DNA of 52,383 bases, counting the filler, from Bipalium vagum (lineage: Eukaryota): assembly GCA_037834085.1 (NCBI GenBank). It is 2 parts of 2 records of this genome, joined end to end, with 100 filler letters (N's around TTAATTAATTAA, not from the genome) between each part and the next. Parts side by side here need not be neighbours in the genome. Positions count along the whole stretch, not along the records: positions 20,858 to 52,383 come from JBBMKC010248075.1; 1 more part is not named here. One strand, given 5' to 3'. Under the pieces are notes generated by a model that did no database searches, was not told the DNA's origin, and was given only the letters and a program-made list of their open reading frames with translations. Positions 51,871-52,383 of this stretch are shown here, in pieces (positions within the stretch are counted from its first letter, which is position 1; every line of letters begins with the position of its first letter). The position numbers and the translations under genes were made by a program.

Positions 51871-52383
51871 GTATATGTGAATGCTAGCTTGGCAAATTAA
51901 AACAATTATAAGTAAAAAGTACATTATTTTATATATATTATTGATGATTCAACAGGAGAATGTGTCAAGATTGAGAAAAAAAATAATATTACAAATTGTG
52001 AAAAAAATTATAAACTCAGATAAATGAATATAATATCTGAAAGAGATTTTTGTACCCAACCCAATAGAGATTTATGTATTATACATAATATATAATTATA
52101 GATAATTAAAGATATCCTCAAACATGAAGATCTGAGTTTTTTTAATAATGAAAAAATTTGTACTAAGAATTAATTAAGATTAATTTTATTTGAATAATTT
52201 CTAAAAATTAAATTTAAATATTAAAAAGAAGAAAAAGGTTTCATAAAGAATTTAATTATGAAAAATAAGAAATACAAATTAGTCTATTAAAACAAAACCA
52301 AATATTTTATTTTGTTTCTGATTTAAATGTTGAAAAAAATATCAAGCAGCAAATGTAAAGTAACAATATTTAGATGATAATTG

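Overview
AT-rich eukaryotic (invertebrate metazoan-like) genomic DNA, not prokaryotic. A 100-nt linker at 20758-20857 (44 N + TTAATTAATTAA + 44 N) means the two halves may not be adjacent. Host genes: (1) a complete multi-exon Ku80/XRCC5 gene (minus, 6778-15401), whose first intron holds an intronless stomatin-family gene on the opposite strand (13406-14185); (2) a compact 4-exon gene for a ~197-aa protein with a Myb/SANT-like C-terminus (24189-24951); (3) the 3' exons of a PP2C-like (CG9801-type) gene (27564-33361). The rest is mostly decayed transposons: Tc1/mariner and pogo-type elements, MITEs, an RLE-type non-LTR fragment, and a Ty3/gypsy-type element at 1-4964. In that element the integrase runs in frame into a type I membrane (env-like) ORF, followed by a large ORF with a degenerate DEDDh exonuclease fold. 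The most notable signal is a ~114-bp mobile unit in three copies (763-1173, 36498-36611, 51096-51570). It has TG...CA ends, 5-bp target-site duplications and a tRNA-Ala-like Pol III core sitting on an extended terminal hairpin, so it is a candidate tRNA-bearing mini-LTR (TRIM solo LTR) family. Two of the three copies carry secondary insertions beside the B box.
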